A stretch of 64,000 nt of DNA from Candidatus Bathyarchaeia archaeon (GTDB taxonomy: Archaea > Thermoproteota > Bathyarchaeia > Bathyarchaeales > Bathycorpusculaceae). Below, one piece after another: positions 19,333 through 28,789 of this stretch. The number at the start of each line of letters is the position of its first letter. Within the stretch, counting starts at the first letter, position 1. The stretch lies in NCBI GenBank assembly GCA_050012755.1, contig JBEKGO010000013.1, positions 1 to 64,000 of the forward strand, read 5' to 3'. A program made the translations under genes and the position numbers. A model generated the notes under the pieces. That model did no database searches. It was not told the origin of the DNA and was given only the letters and a program-made list of their open reading frames with translations.

Positions 19333-19545
19333 TTGGATAGGAAAGAAGCGGTGGCATTAGTGAAGGAACTAGGTGATAGGGAACTAATTAAACCAACTTT
19401 TGTAATTATCCACAGAGACGAACCCAATAGATACAAAGTGCAGATTAAAGGCGATTATGATCACAAAGAAATTGAGACATTTCTGAAGAATAGAGGGTAC
19501 TTTCTTGAAGAGAACAAGGACTATTTAATTATTTTTAAGCAATAG
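19333..19545 (+). CDS. Small hypothetical protein
   Basis: GGGGGT SD then TTG; globular composition MDRKEAVALVKELG...LIIFKQ. Confidence 0.7.
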   Translation: MDRKEAVALVKELGDRELIKPTFVIIHRDEPNRYKVQIKGDYDHKEIETFLKNRGYFLEENKDYLIIFKQ

Positions 19546-19678
19546 GGAAAGGCTGGCTTGTTATTTTGAAACAGCAATTGCAGTTCTTGCACGTATAAGC
19601 ATCGATGTGAAACCAATTGTTTTTTAATGATTTGTCAGCTTCTGCAACTTCTTTACCACAGTTAGGACATTTAGCCAG
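19535..19678 (-). CDS. Zn-ribbon microprotein resembling Cren7-like chromatin proteins (CTG start, absent from the ORF track)
   Basis: GAGTTGAT SD; MAKCPNCGKEVAEADKSLKNNWFHIDAYTCKNCNCCFKIT. Confidence 0.6.
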   Translation of the reverse strand: MAKCPNCGKEVAEADKSLKNNWFHIDAYTCKNCNCCFKITSQPFPIA

Positions 19679-19820
19679 CTACATCAACTCTTCAAGTATA
19701 GTACTGTAGCTCACAATACAGAACTGTAGTCATTTGAAGATTTGTTGGCACAACTTGATACAACAAATCATCACAGAATCAAAACAAGCGTTTTGCTGTA
19801 GATTTAAGACTTATCACAGC

Positions 19821-19960
19821 TTAGCCTTTTCTTCTTGCTCCACAGTTAGACAAAATAGAGATGTTTGAGGCATGAATCCACTGCAATAAGCACATGGTAT
19901 CAAAACAACTGCTCTAATGACTTCTTTTGAAATAGTCTCTTTCGAAACCGAAACTGGTTG
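19821..19960 (-). pseudogene. Frameshifted C-terminal Zn-ribbon remnant
   Basis: In frame directly after the stop of 19961-20152: QPVSVSKETISKEVIRAVVLIPCAYCSGFMPQTSLFC, then a frameshift to NCGARRKG*. Confidence 0.6.
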
Positions 19961-20152
19961 TTAAAGTGAAGGATATTGCTTGTCGTTGTAGCAGTACCAT
20001 CTTTTGTATTGTGGAATCCAGTTGAGAGGTTGTTTACATAGTGGACAAAGAGGTAGTTTAGGGTACATCTTGTCTTTGTAGCAGTACCATCTTTGATATT
20101 TTGGAATCCAGGTAAGAGGTTTACCGCATTCAGGACAACTTCTTTTTTGCAT
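19961..20152 (-). CDS. Tandem double Zn-ribbon microprotein
   Basis: Two copies of CPxCxxPLxWIPxYxRWYCYxDKxYP. Confidence 0.75.
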   Translation of the reverse strand: MQKRSCPECGKPLTWIPKYQRWYCYKDKMYPKLPLCPLCKQPLNWIPQYKRWYCYNDKQYPSL

Positions 20153-20228
20153 TAACCTATCATCTTAATTCTATTTTTACGCTGTGCAGATTTAAGACTT
20201 ATCTTAATGAAAACTTGGCTTAGAAAAA

Positions 20229-20693
20229 CTATCTTCTCCCACCACACTGGGGACACTTATCCAGAACTTCATCGTACACTTGTTTACAGTAAGAGCACCT
20301 AATTTTGATTATCACTTCTTTTTCTCTAATTATTTCTTTCTCTCGTGCAATTTGGTTGATTTCTCTTGAATTTGGTACTATAGTACTAGTGTTCATACGT
20401 TTCTCTGCCATTTTCTTCCATTGTCCTTTTTCAAATCGCTTCCCAAGTAAAGCCTTGCCTTCACCATTTTCAGATGCATTGTCTAGTTCAGTCCACTTTA
20501 GACCAATAAGCCCAATAGTAAGATGCCACTGGGCCTTACAGTCTTCACACAATAAGGAATCTCTTCCCCCAGGAACTAGATTTGGTTCTAAATGTTTGCT
20601 TCCACACAATGGGCAACAAGGAAAAGAATGGCGAACCTCATTATCGTATGTCTCTATTGCATCTCTCCCAACCACCAATACCACGCCTCTCAT
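20229..20693 (-). CDS. Zn-finger protein with C-terminal Zn ribbon
   Basis: CPLCGS...CEDC and REKEVIIKIRCSYCKQVYDEVLDKCPQCGG. Confidence 0.75.
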   Translation of the reverse strand: MRGVVLVVGRDAIETYDNEVRHSFPCCPLCGSKHLEPNLVPGGRDSLLCEDCKAQWHLTIGLIGLKWTELDNASENGEGKALLGKRFEKGQWKKMAEKRMNTSTIVPNSREINQIAREKEIIREKEVIIKIRCSYCKQVYDEVLDKCPQCGGRR

Positions 20694-20812
20694 ATTTTGG
20701 CATAATATGCCTAAACCCTTTGCTGTCTAACCATTTTAGTAAATGCAAAAGCGTAATAGCTGAAACTAAGTAAGAAGAATATCAAAACTAACTGCGTCAT
20801 AGGTTTTCCAAA

Positions 20813-21466
20813 ATGTCAAAAGCAGTGGCTCTAAAATGCCCTAATTGTGGAGCAGCCCTGAACAGAGACCAATTTACTTGTCAATATTGTGGTGCAGAAT
20901 CAATATTGCTATCAGACGGTTCAACCCTCAAGTTCAAGGGTGAAATTACTTGCCCTAAATGCGGTTCCATTAATGAAAAATCAAGTTGGTTTTGCACAAG
21001 TTGTCATATCATTCTAACTAAGGATATTGAAATGGTTAAAGAAATGCAAAGAAAAATGAGGTTTGAAGAAGACAGAATTAAACAGAGTTTACCTCCCGAA
21101 ACTAGAGATAGAATTGGTCCAGGTGAGTTCATTTACTTTAATTTTGAGTTGAGGAATGGTGCTTACACAATTACGGACAAACGTTTGATAAAAAATAGGA
21201 ATGGAGTGTGTCAAGAAGCAAAGTTAAGTGAGATTACTGGTGTGGGACAACCACAAGTAAAAAGAGGATTAGGAGTGTTTGAGTCAAGTATTACATTGTG
21301 TTTTGTTGTCAACACTTTCGATGGCACAATAGTGTTAGGTGACTTTAATCGATTAGATGCTAGGTCATGTGGGACATTCTATGCATGGGTACTTCGTGCA
21401 GTAAAAAATCACAATTTACAAAAGAAAGATGCAAGAGCAGTACTTCTTAATCTACAATTGCCTTGA
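20813..21466 (+). CDS. Double Zn-ribbon protein with a possible PH-like C-terminal domain
   Basis: CPNCGA...CQYCG and CPKCG...FCTSC; YTITDKRLI segment. Confidence 0.75.
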   Translation: MSKAVALKCPNCGAALNRDQFTCQYCGAESILLSDGSTLKFKGEITCPKCGSINEKSSWFCTSCHIILTKDIEMVKEMQRKMRFEEDRIKQSLPPETRDRIGPGEFIYFNFELRNGAYTITDKRLIKNRNGVCQEAKLSEITGVGQPQVKRGLGVFESSITLCFVVNTFDGTIVLGDFNRLDARSCGTFYAWVLRAVKNHNLQKKDARAVLLNLQLP

Positions 21467-21596
21467 TTGTTTTCTTTAATTTTCTATAACAATCGTTACA
21501 AATAACTGGGGTGTACACATAATCTTCCAGTTTGTGGAAAGATTTCTTATTCTTCAAAGTCTCTGGGTATTTCTTTCCACACCAATCACAGATCAT
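21447..21596 (-). CDS. 49-aa Zn-finger microprotein (absent from the ORF track)
   Basis: GAGGT SD and ATG; MICDWCGKKY...VICNDCYRKLKK. Confidence 0.6.
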   Translation of the reverse strand: MICDWCGKKYPETLKNKKSFHKLEDYVYTPVICNDCYRKLKKTIKAIVD

Positions 21597-21966
21597 TAAG
21601 ATACCTCTGATCTATTCTCTTAAGAAGTTCTCCTTTCTCCTCAAACAAGAAACTAGAATTTGATACTAAGGCTTAAAAGGGATATTTCAGAGGTGGAATA
21701 TATCAAATAACGTATTCCACATGTAGATACAGGTCTTAAGTTGTAATGTCTGTTTGCGACACTTTTTCGTATTAGGCAAAGACAGAAATCCACCCCTGCA
21801 TATATTAACTGTGGAGAAAGGTTTTGTGAGTAAAAGTAGATTTTTTGATTCGCCAAATTGTGGGAGCTGCATCTATAAAGGCAGCAGTTACTGTTGGGGT
21901 CAATGTTCCCTTAACATTTGGAAAAGAGACCGATTTTACTAAGACTTCTACTGGAATGTTTGTGAT

Positions 21967-22161
21967 ATGGAAAACTTTGAAAGATTAAGTAACAAAATTC
22001 TCATCAGGACCTGCCATTGCGGAATTGTATTCGAAACATATGATCCAAAAAAAATGTATCATTCCAACAAGTGCGGGACACTTCACCTTAGGAAAAAATA
22101 TGAAGTTGTCCATAGAAGGGAACTGAAGTCAAAGAAGTCAAGCGAGCAAAGTTTTCTCTAA
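21967..22161 (+). CDS. Small Cys/His protein
   Basis: RTCHCGIVFE...YHSNKC; GTGAT SD and ATG. Confidence 0.5.
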   Translation: MENFERLSNKILIRTCHCGIVFETYDPKKMYHSNKCGTLHLRKKYEVVHRRELKSKKSSEQSFL

Positions 22162-22321
22162 ACTAGTTTCTATCTCTAGTACAATGATTCATCTGAAGTT
22201 TTGCTTCTAAGGTTTTTGATTAATCCAATCTTTGGGTTTAAGTTTCTCCACTATCTGGAAGTCTCATTAACATTTTCTTTGAAGAAGCACTTAAAAGCAC
22301 GTCACGTGCAAATAAAGTTCA

Positions 22322-23116
22322 ATGATAATCGATTGCCACCAACATTTGCCACGTCTTCAAGAGGGAAAAACGTTTGAACATTCCAAAGAGATACTCATTC
22401 AAGAGCTCACAAAAAACAACGTCGACTATGCCATTTTGATCCCAGATAACAAACCTGTTTCCACAATTGGAAACTTGAATCAAGTCTTAGAAGTAACCAA
22501 GGATTGTCATAAACTATTCGTCATGGGTACTGTTGATATTCAAAGAAAAATGCAGACTCAACTTCAAGAGTTAGATGCTCTTCTTGAAGAAGGTAAAATA
22601 TTTGGGATAAAGATTTTCCCTGGACACGACCCGATCTATCCAACCGACAAACGACTTTCCCAAGTCTACGACCTCTGCATCAAATATGACACCCCAATTG
22701 TTATCCACACAGGCGGTACCGAAAAAAACCCGAAAGCAGCCAAGTACAATGACCCAAAACACATCGTTAAGGTCGCAGATAAATTTCCAGACCTCAAAAT
22801 AGTCATCGCTCACTATTTTTTTCCTAACGTTGAATATTGTCACGAACTCACGAAGCAATATGAGAAAATATACTTTGATACTTCGGCACTAGCCGATGAT
22901 TCGGTGGTAGAAATGACAGGTATTGATAGGATAAGAAAAGTGTTAACTTCAACTGTGATTGAGCATCCGAGTAATGTTGTGTTTGGAACGGATTACGCAA
23001 TGTGCGATATTAGAAAACACGTAGCCCTCATAGATTCCCTGGACATCGAGGATGAGCTCAAGAGAAAAATCTTCTGCCAAAATGCAATCAGATTGTTTAA
23101 TTTGCCGTTACCATGA
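22322..23116 (+). CDS. Amidohydrolase family protein
   Basis: IIDCHQH, GIKIFPG, IVIHTG, IVIAH, YFDTSA, VFGTDY. Confidence 0.9.
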   Translation: MIIDCHQHLPRLQEGKTFEHSKEILIQELTKNNVDYAILIPDNKPVSTIGNLNQVLEVTKDCHKLFVMGTVDIQRKMQTQLQELDALLEEGKIFGIKIFPGHDPIYPTDKRLSQVYDLCIKYDTPIVIHTGGTEKNPKAAKYNDPKHIVKVADKFPDLKIVIAHYFFPNVEYCHELTKQYEKIYFDTSALADDSVVEMTGIDRIRKVLTSTVIEHPSNVVFGTDYAMCDIRKHVALIDSLDIEDELKRKIFCQNAIRLFNLPLP

Positions 23117-23127
23117 AAACGTGGGTT

Positions 23128-23667
23128 CTAACTGACAAGCAGCAAACCAAAATATGTTGGTTTTTGTCTATGTGTTTTCAGAACCTCTATGTCAAAACCG
23201 TTCTTCCTTGCTGTAGCATAAACGTCTATGCTGGAAGATTCCATTGAAGGCCGAGCCAACCGTGGATAAGTACAATGCTCAAGGTTACATTTTTCGCAAC
23301 GTTCACAAGGACCGGCGACAAGCCCAAATGCAGAATGATACCCTGCCAGAAAGATGTGCCTCTCCAATTTTGCAACCAGGTCATGCGTCGCAACCGATTC
23401 ATCTGGCAGTTTCATAAGAATAGCGTTGGAGTAACTCGCCAAAATCTGCCTCATCTTTTCTGGTGTAGGACTGTAAGGCGGGCAAGTCAAGGATTTTCCG
23501 AATCCTCCGCAGCCATATTGGCACTTGAGTCTTACCCAATCCTTGACAACAATATTCTTTGTGTCCACCGCTTTAGCATCAAGTACGCCCAATCGTTTCG
23601 CAACCTTGATAAAACCTTCCATGTCTTGCTCAAAACTTCTCTTGGCTGTTGCGGTTTTCTTTTGCAC
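23128..23667 (-). CDS. DUF2284-type metal-binding protein
   Basis: KCQYGCGGFGKSLTCPPYSP, GPCERCEKC, ARPSMES.SIDVYAT; GTG start after GGAGG. Confidence 0.85.
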   Translation of the reverse strand: MQKKTATAKRSFEQDMEGFIKVAKRLGVLDAKAVDTKNIVVKDWVRLKCQYGCGGFGKSLTCPPYSPTPEKMRQILASYSNAILMKLPDESVATHDLVAKLERHIFLAGYHSAFGLVAGPCERCEKCNLEHCTYPRLARPSMESSSIDVYATARKNGFDIEVLKTHRQKPTYFGLLLVS

Positions 23668-23754
23668 TTTGTATCCTCCACAATATCTTAAACATGATTT
23701 AATATATAAAATGAAAAGAAACATGTGATGTCAAATGGAAAAGGTGGAAAGTAC

Positions 23755-23798
23755 ACATTCACCCCGTGGGGTTCAAGTTTCAGCGAACACGCCATAAG
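23755..23798 (+). repeat. tRNA-3'-like direct repeat, copy 1
   Basis: ACATTCACCCCGTGGGGTTCAAGTTTCAGCGAACACGCCATAAG; 36/44 identical to 24431-24474. Confidence 0.75.
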
Positions 23799-23905
23799 GA
23801 AAAGGATTGGTCTGATTTGTGGTTTCCCCCCCAGGAAAATCGGTTATCTAATTAGAGGCACTAAAGTCTAATCTCAATCAGAGCATACTTGATAAGGAAT
23901 TAATA

Positions 23906-24385
23906 ATGGAAAAGAAAGAAACCAAAATTCAAATGACAAGGCAACTCCGAAAGGACGAGAAAATCCCATATGACTTATTATTACTTGCAGATGAGTCACT
24001 TGAAGCCATAGACAAATACATTTTTAGCTCTGACATATATGTTCTGGAACAAGAAAACAAAATTATTGCCGCATACGTGCTTCAATCAATAAACAAAAAT
24101 GAGGCTGAAATAAAAAACATTGCAGTTGTTACAGATTGTCAAGGACAAGGAATAGGTAAATTATTGTTAAGAGATGCTGCCTGTAAGGCAAAAGGAAAGG
24201 GATTCAAAACAATTATTATAGGAACAGGAGATGCTTCATTTAAACAATTGTATTTGTATCAGAAAGAAGGATTTGAGGCGTTTGATATCAAGAAAAGCTT
24301 TTTCATCGATAATTATCCAAAGCCCATTTATGAAAACGGAATACAATTGAAACATATGATAATGCTGAAAAAAGAACTAAAATAG
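23906..24385 (+). CDS. GNAT N-acetyltransferase
   Basis: LLLLADES, EIKNIAV...QGQGIGKLLL, IGTGD, LYQKEGF, IYENG. Confidence 0.9.
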   Translation: MEKKETKIQMTRQLRKDEKIPYDLLLLADESLEAIDKYIFSSDIYVLEQENKIIAAYVLQSINKNEAEIKNIAVVTDCQGQGIGKLLLRDAACKAKGKGFKTIIIGTGDASFKQLYLYQKEGFEAFDIKKSFFIDNYPKPIYENGIQLKHMIMLKKELK

Positions 24386-24430
24386 CAGAATTAAATAATG
24401 AAACGCCCCCCATACCCCTTTCTCTTACTG

Positions 24431-24474
24431 ATATTCGCCCCGTGGGGTTCGAGTCCCAACGAACTCGCCACAAG
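24431..24474 (+). repeat. tRNA-3'-like direct repeat, copy 2
   Basis: ATATTCGCCCCGTGGGGTTCGAGTCCCAACGAACTCGCCACAAG (T-loop-like TTCGAGT, ends in CCA). Confidence 0.75.
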
Positions 24475-24507
24475 AAACATTTTCCAATTCTTTTAGGCTG
24501 GTTATAC

Positions 24508-24936
24508 TCATGGAATAATGTGTTGAGTATATTCTCTGATGCATTTCTCGTCAATACTTGCTGATGTGACATTTCCATAAAGTAAGAAATCGATAAAGTA
24601 CTTGTTAGTCGCTGGCACAGTAAAAGTTTCCTGCCAAGTACCTGTTCCATTAAAGACTACCCTTTCCCAAGTGGCAGCCAAAGATGGGTTTACTGTTTGC
24701 TCGTCAATTAGCAACTCTGCTTGACCGGTCTTAACGGTTGTTGTAATGTAAAGCAAATCTCCCTTGACCAAGTTCCAAGAACCGACCGTCCCGTTGGATA
24801 GACCGTTGGCTTGGAGAGTATAATGACTATCATAGAGCGTTTCCTGGGCTTTCCATCCTGGGTTAACAATTAGCAACAATGAAACACAAGCTATTATTGT
24901 AATGAATAAGACACCAAGCAATAACTTACGTTTCAT
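24508..24936 (-). CDS. Membrane-anchored or secreted beta-rich protein
   Basis: Basic N-terminus plus TM helix, then a beta-rich domain. Confidence 0.7.
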   Translation of the reverse strand: MKRKLLLGVLFITIIACVSLLLIVNPGWKAQETLYDSHYTLQANGLSNGTVGSWNLVKGDLLYITTTVKTGQAELLIDEQTVNPSLAATWERVVFNGTGTWQETFTVPATNKYFIDFLLYGNVTSASIDEKCIREYTQHIIP

Positions 24937-25426
24937 CTAGCCGCTACCAAAGTCAATAAGACTAAATTTTAATATAAATTGTTTGTCAATATTTGAAGTC
25001 ATCGATCTTTGCAAGAAAAAAGGGGATGGAGCGAAAAAAGAAGCGTGTGATTCACTTTCAGTCCTCCCTCTCCTGTTGTGGAATGTAGTTTGTTCGCTTT
25101 CTTCTTAAGCAGGGTCAACCATTGGCAAGTAAGTCCAGAATAAACATCGTGCGCAAAAAGCATTGCATTCACAAGATAGACTGTTTGAATCAGCTGACTT
25201 TTGGCCTCAGAACGAAATGGATGATTATGCCGATGCTGTTATTGCAGCGATGCTTATAGCAAAAAACACTGCACTGAGTGAAGACCACAAAACGATTCCT
25301 AGGACACAAAATGTTATTCATTATGAGTGAACTTAAAGCTGGCATTAATATTTGAGCAGGAAATTCTACACAAATTCTTATTAGGGCATTCAAACTTTGA
25401 ATCCAAGACAATAGGGAAATAGCCTC

Positions 25427-25660
25427 ATGACACGGCATTTGAAATTGATTGTTGCAAAGGTTGCTGGAGAATTTCTTTTCTTGTTCGGCTTGTTGGGTTG
25501 GGTTTATGGAGTGCTCTTCCAATTTATTCATCCAGAATTATTGGCTACACATCTATCCCATCTTACACCGTGGATTCGTGTTGACACTTTTACGATCATA
25601 TGCTTCTTTGTTGCGGCAATTGGGTTCCTAATATGGAGATTAGCCAAAGAACTGTCCTGA
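25427..25660 (+). CDS. Small 2-TM membrane protein
   Basis: ATG start; two hydrophobic helices around SHLTPWIRVDTF. Confidence 0.65.
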   Translation: MTRHLKLIVAKVAGEFLFLFGLLGWVYGVLFQFIHPELLATHLSHLTPWIRVDTFTIICFFVAAIGFLIWRLAKELS

Positions 25661-25683
25661 AACTTCTTGGCAATGGGGAGCAG

Positions 25684-26565
25684 TTACTTTTCTTGAATGG
25701 TGTTTTCTAATGTGCCGATGCCTTCGATTTCTATACGGACGGTATCGCCTGTTTTTAGCCACTTAGGCGGTTTCATAGCCATAGCGACTCCTGATGGGGT
25801 ACCAGTAGCAATGATGTCGCAGGGTTCAAGCGTCATGACTCGACTAAGATGGTGAACTATCTGGGCAACGCTGAAAATCATATCATGCGCGTTGCCGTCT
25901 TGGCGAAGTTCGCCGTTTACCCATGTCTTTATTCTGAGATTGTCGGGATCAGGCAGTTGATTGCGTGTGGTAATGTAGGGTCCAATGGGCGAAAAGGTGT
26001 CAAAGCTTTTGCCTAGGGTCCACTGGCTGCTCCTAAATTGGAAGTCCCTTGCGGACACGTCATTTAGAATAGTGTAACCGAAAACGTAATTGAGCGCCTC
26101 AGCAACAGGCACGTCTTTGGCTTTTTTGCCTATGACTATAGCGAGTTCACCTTCGTAGTCAAGTTCTTTAACAAAGGGTCGTTTGATGATTTTGTCGTTG
26201 GGTCCCAATATAGCGGTATGTGGCTTCATAAAAACCACGGGTTCTTCGGGTGGCTTCTCATTAGTTTCAGTTACATGGGTTAAGAAGTTTAGGCCTAGGC
26301 AGAGAATTTTAGGCGGTGAAGCGATTGGTGCGAGAAGTATTGTTTCGGTTAAAGGTATAAAAACTGCATTAAGATCGCTACTTTTCGTTTCAGTGAGCAA
26401 CTTCTCTGCAGTTTCTTGAGCCTTTTGGTTTGAAATGAAGTCATCTATCTTATTGGGTAAAATTGTTTTTGTTCGTTTGGCGAGGGCATCTAAGCATAAC
26501 AGTCTGTCGTTTTGGAAAACACCGTAGTGCTCTTCGCCTTTGTTTTGAAAGCGAGCTATTTTCAC
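25684..26565 (-). CDS. Fumarylacetoacetate hydrolase family protein
   Basis: KILCLGLNF, LDYEGEL, NDVSARDFQ, GKSFDTFSPIGP, DIIATGTPSGV. Confidence 0.92.
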   Translation of the reverse strand: MKIARFQNKGEEHYGVFQNDRLLCLDALAKRTKTILPNKIDDFISNQKAQETAEKLLTETKSSDLNAVFIPLTETILLAPIASPPKILCLGLNFLTHVTETNEKPPEEPVVFMKPHTAILGPNDKIIKRPFVKELDYEGELAIVIGKKAKDVPVAEALNYVFGYTILNDVSARDFQFRSSQWTLGKSFDTFSPIGPYITTRNQLPDPDNLRIKTWVNGELRQDGNAHDMIFSVAQIVHHLSRVMTLEPCDIIATGTPSGVAMAMKPPKWLKTGDTVRIEIEGIGTLENTIQEK

Positions 26566-26900
26566 GTTATCGCACCTGTCGTCACGTTTGAGCCCAACAT
26601 TTCTGGGTTGGACAACTGTTTCTGACGCATGAACTTGTTCATGCACAATTTGTCTTTCTTTTCAAGCTGTATCCTGAAAATTCAAGAGTGTAAACAGACT
26701 ATTAAAACCGCTTTTCCTCGAACATTAATTGCGCTGAATTTACATAGGTTTGATTGTTTTTTTCGAATAGAGGCGTATCAAAGGGTGATTTGCAGATAAT
26801 ATTAAATCTAAGTTTAGATAAAAGAAGAACTTTCAGGGTGTAATAGCTGCCACGAAGAAAGAATTCACATTCAAAGAGATATGCTGGTGTTGCTTTCGCA

Positions 26901-27569
26901 GTGATGCTGATAATAATCATTGCAGTAGCAGTTTTCTATTACGGACTTAACACAAAACAAACCCTCGCTCCTACGCCAAACCCTTCTGAGTCAAACTCCC
27001 CTCTTATTGTTGGAGACACATTCACCTACAACCTCAAAGGTTCCACAGTTTTAGGAAGCGCAGATGTAGTGACTCCAAATGAGTTCATGCAGTACAACAA
27101 CACAAATTATTATCAAGTAACGGTAACAGGAATCAATGGCACTCAAATCTATCTTGACACACTTTGGCAGTTCAACAATGGAACCCAAACAGAAAGTCCC
27201 CAAATAATTGATTTGTCAACTGGAAGATTTGCTGATTCAAACGGATTTTCCTATCTTTACCTTTCAAACCTTAACGTTTCAGACCTACTTTACCCTCAGG
27301 GAACTGACAAACTCATCGTTAACAGCACAAGCACTCAAAAATTTGTTAATTCTAGTAGGGCAACAAACTGTTGGTCAGAAGAAGACCAGTTTGTAGACAC
27401 CAGCGATTCAACAGGTAACACGATACGTGACGACTTTATTACAGTCTATTTCGATAAACAAACAGGAATACTTGATAGCTTAACCCGCGTTGAATTTTTC
27501 ACCAACCCTGAAATCCAATTAACAACCACTTGGCAACTTGTTGGCTCAAACGTTTGGGAAGTCAAATGA
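26901..27569 (+). CDS. Membrane-anchored secreted hypothetical protein
   Basis: N-terminal TM, VGDTFTY, YFDKQTGIL, N/T/S-rich with many NxS/T sites. Confidence 0.8.
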   Translation: MMLIIIIAVAVFYYGLNTKQTLAPTPNPSESNSPLIVGDTFTYNLKGSTVLGSADVVTPNEFMQYNNTNYYQVTVTGINGTQIYLDTLWQFNNGTQTESPQIIDLSTGRFADSNGFSYLYLSNLNVSDLLYPQGTDKLIVNSTSTQKFVNSSRATNCWSEEDQFVDTSDSTGNTIRDDFITVYFDKQTGILDSLTRVEFFTNPEIQLTTTWQLVGSNVWEVK

Positions 27570-27774
27570 AAAATCGTAAACACAAATTTTCGGCTGTGTC
27601 TAATTTTCTAAATTTCTGAACTCAGATTTCCACTGTTTCAACGCCTAATTAACAAGCAAAATAAATTTACAGTGTGTAATTATCGCAAAATGATGGAAAA
27701 ATACATTAATCATTTTCTGAGCGACTAAATATTATGAAAAACCTTTACTAGGCAATCTTAGAGTATTACTTTTC

Positions 27775-28689
27775 ATGGCGGCAAAAGCAATTGGCCTAGT
27801 TAATATTGCTTTGATGATGATCTTGATTCTTGTTTGGGGCAGCTCATTCGTAGTTGTAAAATGGGTCCTCCAATACAACATAACTCCAATAGCAGTTGCA
27901 ACTTTCAGATTCTTGGTTGCTGGCGCATTTTTTGTTTTCGCTCTTGCCTTAATCAAGTCTAGAAAACATCAATACAGAGTTTTTGTTGAATGGAAAGATT
28001 TGCCCTTGTTGATAGTCTTGGGTCTAATAGGAATTACTTTCTTTTTTATAGCGCAATATTTAGGCATTCAATTGGCTGGTGCCTCAGTTGCAGCAATTTT
28101 GGTGTGCCTTCTCTCGCCTATTATCATAAGTTTCTATTCCCTTAGAATATTCAAAGAGAAATTAACAAGAAGAAATGTGCTCGGTTTAGGGATTGCTTCA
28201 GTAGGAACCGTTGCGGTAATCGGAGGAGGCACATTGAATATGCAGGGTAGTTCGATGAGCTTTGCCGTTGGTAGTCTTATTTTGCTTACGACTCCTTTCA
28301 TGTGGGCTGCTTACACTCTTTTGGGTAAGAAAATGATGGAAAAATACGATCCTTTCTTGGTTGTGGCCTACGTGAATATTTTAGGAGCATTATGCTTGGT
28401 TCCTTTCTCTTTAGCTGAGAATTCATTTAGCAAGATTTTGACTTTGAATTTTAATGAGTGGGCGGCTGTTCTTTATTTAGCTATAACTTGTTCCCTTCTC
28501 GGTTATTTTATTTGGTTTAAAGTATTAAGCCAGACCAAGGCGGCAATAGCAAGCTCTTTTCTGTTCGCAGAGCCGTTGATAACTGTTATTTTTGCAGCAG
28601 CATTCATCCAAGAACAGATAACCTTTTTCACAATAATTGGAGGACTCTTAATTTTCGGAGGAGTTTTTCTTGTTGCGAACAGGAACTAG
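27775..28689 (+). CDS. EamA/DMT family transporter
   Basis: WGSSFVVVK, FKEKL, two 5-TM halves. Confidence 0.9.
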   Translation: MAAKAIGLVNIALMMILILVWGSSFVVVKWVLQYNITPIAVATFRFLVAGAFFVFALALIKSRKHQYRVFVEWKDLPLLIVLGLIGITFFFIAQYLGIQLAGASVAAILVCLLSPIIISFYSLRIFKEKLTRRNVLGLGIASVGTVAVIGGGTLNMQGSSMSFAVGSLILLTTPFMWAAYTLLGKKMMEKYDPFLVVAYVNILGALCLVPFSLAENSFSKILTLNFNEWAAVLYLAITCSLLGYFIWFKVLSQTKAAIASSFLFAEPLITVIFAAAFIQEQITFFTIIGGLLIFGGVFLVANRN

Positions 28690-28789
28690 ACAGGTCCAGT
28701 TTAACGAACTGTTAGATTTAACGTTTAATTTAAGAAGACTAAAGACGTCTAAGAATGTAATGAAAAATAGGTAATATGAGGGATAATCA

